A DNA stretch of 64,000 nucleotides, from assembly GCF_006345805.1 (NCBI RefSeq), contig NC_043003.1, forward strand, positions 90,086,001 to 90,150,000, in the 5' to 3' direction. The DNA is from Octopus sinensis. Its lineage: Eukaryota. Below are positions 61,994-64,000 of this stretch, piece by piece. Position 1 is the first letter of the stretch. Each line of letters begins with the position of its first letter. The position numbers were made by a program, and so were the translations under genes. The notes under the pieces were generated by a model. That model worked only from the letters and a program-made list of their open reading frames with translations, was not told the DNA's origin and made no database searches.

Positions 61994-62134
61994 AGGATAA
62001 ACATGGCTCTTTAGCTTTGGAGAAATTGATTCATGGTTCAAAATGATTCGGAATGGCATGTAAATTTCTTCACCAACTTCTTGAAGTATCTTCTTGTGCT
62101 TGGGTAAAAATGGTTCAAAGAAACGGACATCCAA
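61994..62134 (-). CDS. Metallophosphoesterase internal exon: LDVRFFEPFLPKHKKILQEVGEEIYMPFRIILNHESISPKLKSHVYP
   Basis: 141 nt, bounded by ttttag and gtaagt, phase 0/0. IILNH fits the ligand-His motif preceding GHxH. Joins 48336 across a 13.7 kb intron. Confidence 0.82.
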
Positions 62135-62782
62135 CTAAAAAATATATAACATTTTTATATATATGGACTCATATTATATATATATGTATAGTTATTTCGT
62201 ATAAATTCTCTCCTTGCCATTAAAAGTAACTCAAAAACTATTTATCAGTCCATCTTTTCTAGATGGACCGGGGAGTCCTTCCTTTAATTTTTTAATCTTT
62301 TAACTGGTTCCAGTCAGTGAGTGAGATATACAAGCACAAACACATAAATTTAAACACATACGTGTATAATAATTAAAATGAGGAAAACAGAAATTCAAAT
62401 TAATGTCATAATAATTTCAGTAAACAAACATTTTAATTATTATTGCTCGTTCATTTCGTTGGACATCATTATTTGACACATGGAAGGTGGACATTAAATG
62501 ATAATGAACACTTCATAGATGTGCTAACTGTGCAAACAGACATGATGTATACAAGCCTTCATGAGTGAATTTCTAAGCATTTGAAATGTCAAAAGGATAT
62601 ATGTTAACTGACCAAGAAGCATATTTTATACATACTGGATTGTACCTTGAATTTACGAAGTGGTCTCCTTTATTATCTATTGGAGTTTAACTGATGTTTA
62701 CTCAGTTAACTGAATACTATACAAATCAGCTTCTTATATGAAGTGCATGATTATAACTATTCCCTCAAATTTATATATATAT

Positions 62783-63844
62783 ACTAGCAGTATCACCTGG
62801 CGTTGCTCGGGTTTGTAAGGGAAATAACTATATAAGCATTTTTAGAGATGTAAAGTATAATAGCCATCTCAATATGGCTAACCACAAAGCGGGGGTGGGG
62901 GGGTACTATAGCTTTTTACGTTCTGAGATTTAATAATACATTTTTAGAGAGTTACTTCCCTTATATAATAGCAAAAAATGCATTAAAAAATGGGAAAAAA
63001 TGATGGTAAACTTTTTTTTAAATCGTAGACTCATCGTAGACGCGCACTAATACCCAGAAGGGCTCAATATGAATCACGACTATAAGACACCCGGTTTTGG
63101 TTAAACTGCACCGCAAAATGTGGGAGTAGTTAGGAATCTAAATCGGAGTAGACAGACACAACCTTACTTTTATATATAAAGACTAGCAGTATCGCCCGGC
63201 GTTGCTCGGGTTTGTAAGGGAAATAACTATATAAGCATTTTTAGAGAGTTATAGCAAAAAAATGCATTAAAATTGGAATAAAAAATGATGGTAATTTTTT
63301 TTTTAAATCGCTGACTCATCGTAGACATTTTTAGAGAGTTACTTCCCTTATATAATAGCGAAAAAATGCATTAAAATGGAAAAAATGATGGTAAATTTTT
63401 TTTTAAATCGTAGACTCATGTAGACGCTTTCTTAGCCATTTCTGTTTTGGTGTCTTCAAGCCATGAAGTCGTTCTAAAAGAACGCTGGTCTCCTTGACAA
63501 CGCATTACGACGTTGATTTCTTTACACTCCCTTCCCCACAGCTTCACGAGGGAGGGAAGAAGGGGGAGAAGCAACACAGGTGCAGCTGTGAGCGTGGACG
63601 CCAACTCCGCCGCAATCGACACACGAAAAAATATGCATTAAAATGGAATAAAAAATGATGTTAAATTATTTTTAAAATCGTAGACTCATTGTAGACGCGC
63701 GCTAATACTCAGACGGGCTCGATATGAATCACGACTATAAGATACCCGAATTTGGTTAAACTGCACCGCAAAATGTGGGAGTAGTTAGGAATCTAAATCG
63801 AAGGGGACAGACACTCACACAACTACAGTTTTATATATATAGAT
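62783..63844 (+). mobile_element. Two head-to-tail non-autonomous Helitron/Helentron-like units
   Basis: Both start ACTAGCAGTATC.CC.GGCGTTGCTCGGG (62783, 63182) and end ...ACACAAC...TTTTATATATA. The second has internal duplications. Confidence 0.65.
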
Positions 63845-64000
63845 ATGATTTTGATTTTGATTTTTCCAGTTTCAGCTTATGAGCTGTGGCCATGCTGGGG
63901 CACCATATATACACATACATATACACACACATAATCATCATCATGGAAGTCTATCTTCCATACTGGCACTGGTAGGATAGTTTGATATGATCAAACAAAC

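Overview
AT-rich, repeat-dense eukaryotic genomic DNA, most likely from an Octopus species (inferred from the RTE/SINE/MITE repeat families and the (TA)n/(CA)n content). It holds parts of two minus-strand host genes: the first six coding exons of flightless-I (FLII; ATG at 14844, gene runs off the left edge), and the last four visible coding exons of a Cdc1/MPPE1-like metallophosphoesterase (stop at 44935, 5' exons apparently beyond the right edge). The most striking structure is at 19.3-26.8 kb. An old Tx1-type ORF1 (unit C) is split at one site by two younger co-oriented relatives: a 5.15 kb ORF1+ORF2 element (B, 14-bp TSD, ORF2 damaged) and a 1.77 kb element encoding only an intact ORF1 (A, 7-bp TSD). 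A and B share a 49-nt 3' tail and their insertion points differ by 1 nt, which suggests a retrotransposon lineage that targets the ORF1 of a sister lineage and has an ORF1-only satellite. The window also contains two Penelope-type minimal hammerhead ribozyme motifs (one inside a tRNA-headed SINE), several near-perfect palindromes, a dimeric 60-bp minisatellite inside an RTE tail, RTE LINEs, HERO-like, mariner, Tc1 and Chapaev3-like remnants, TTAA MITEs, Helitron-like repeats and a 100-N gap. All calls were made by eye, with no database searches.
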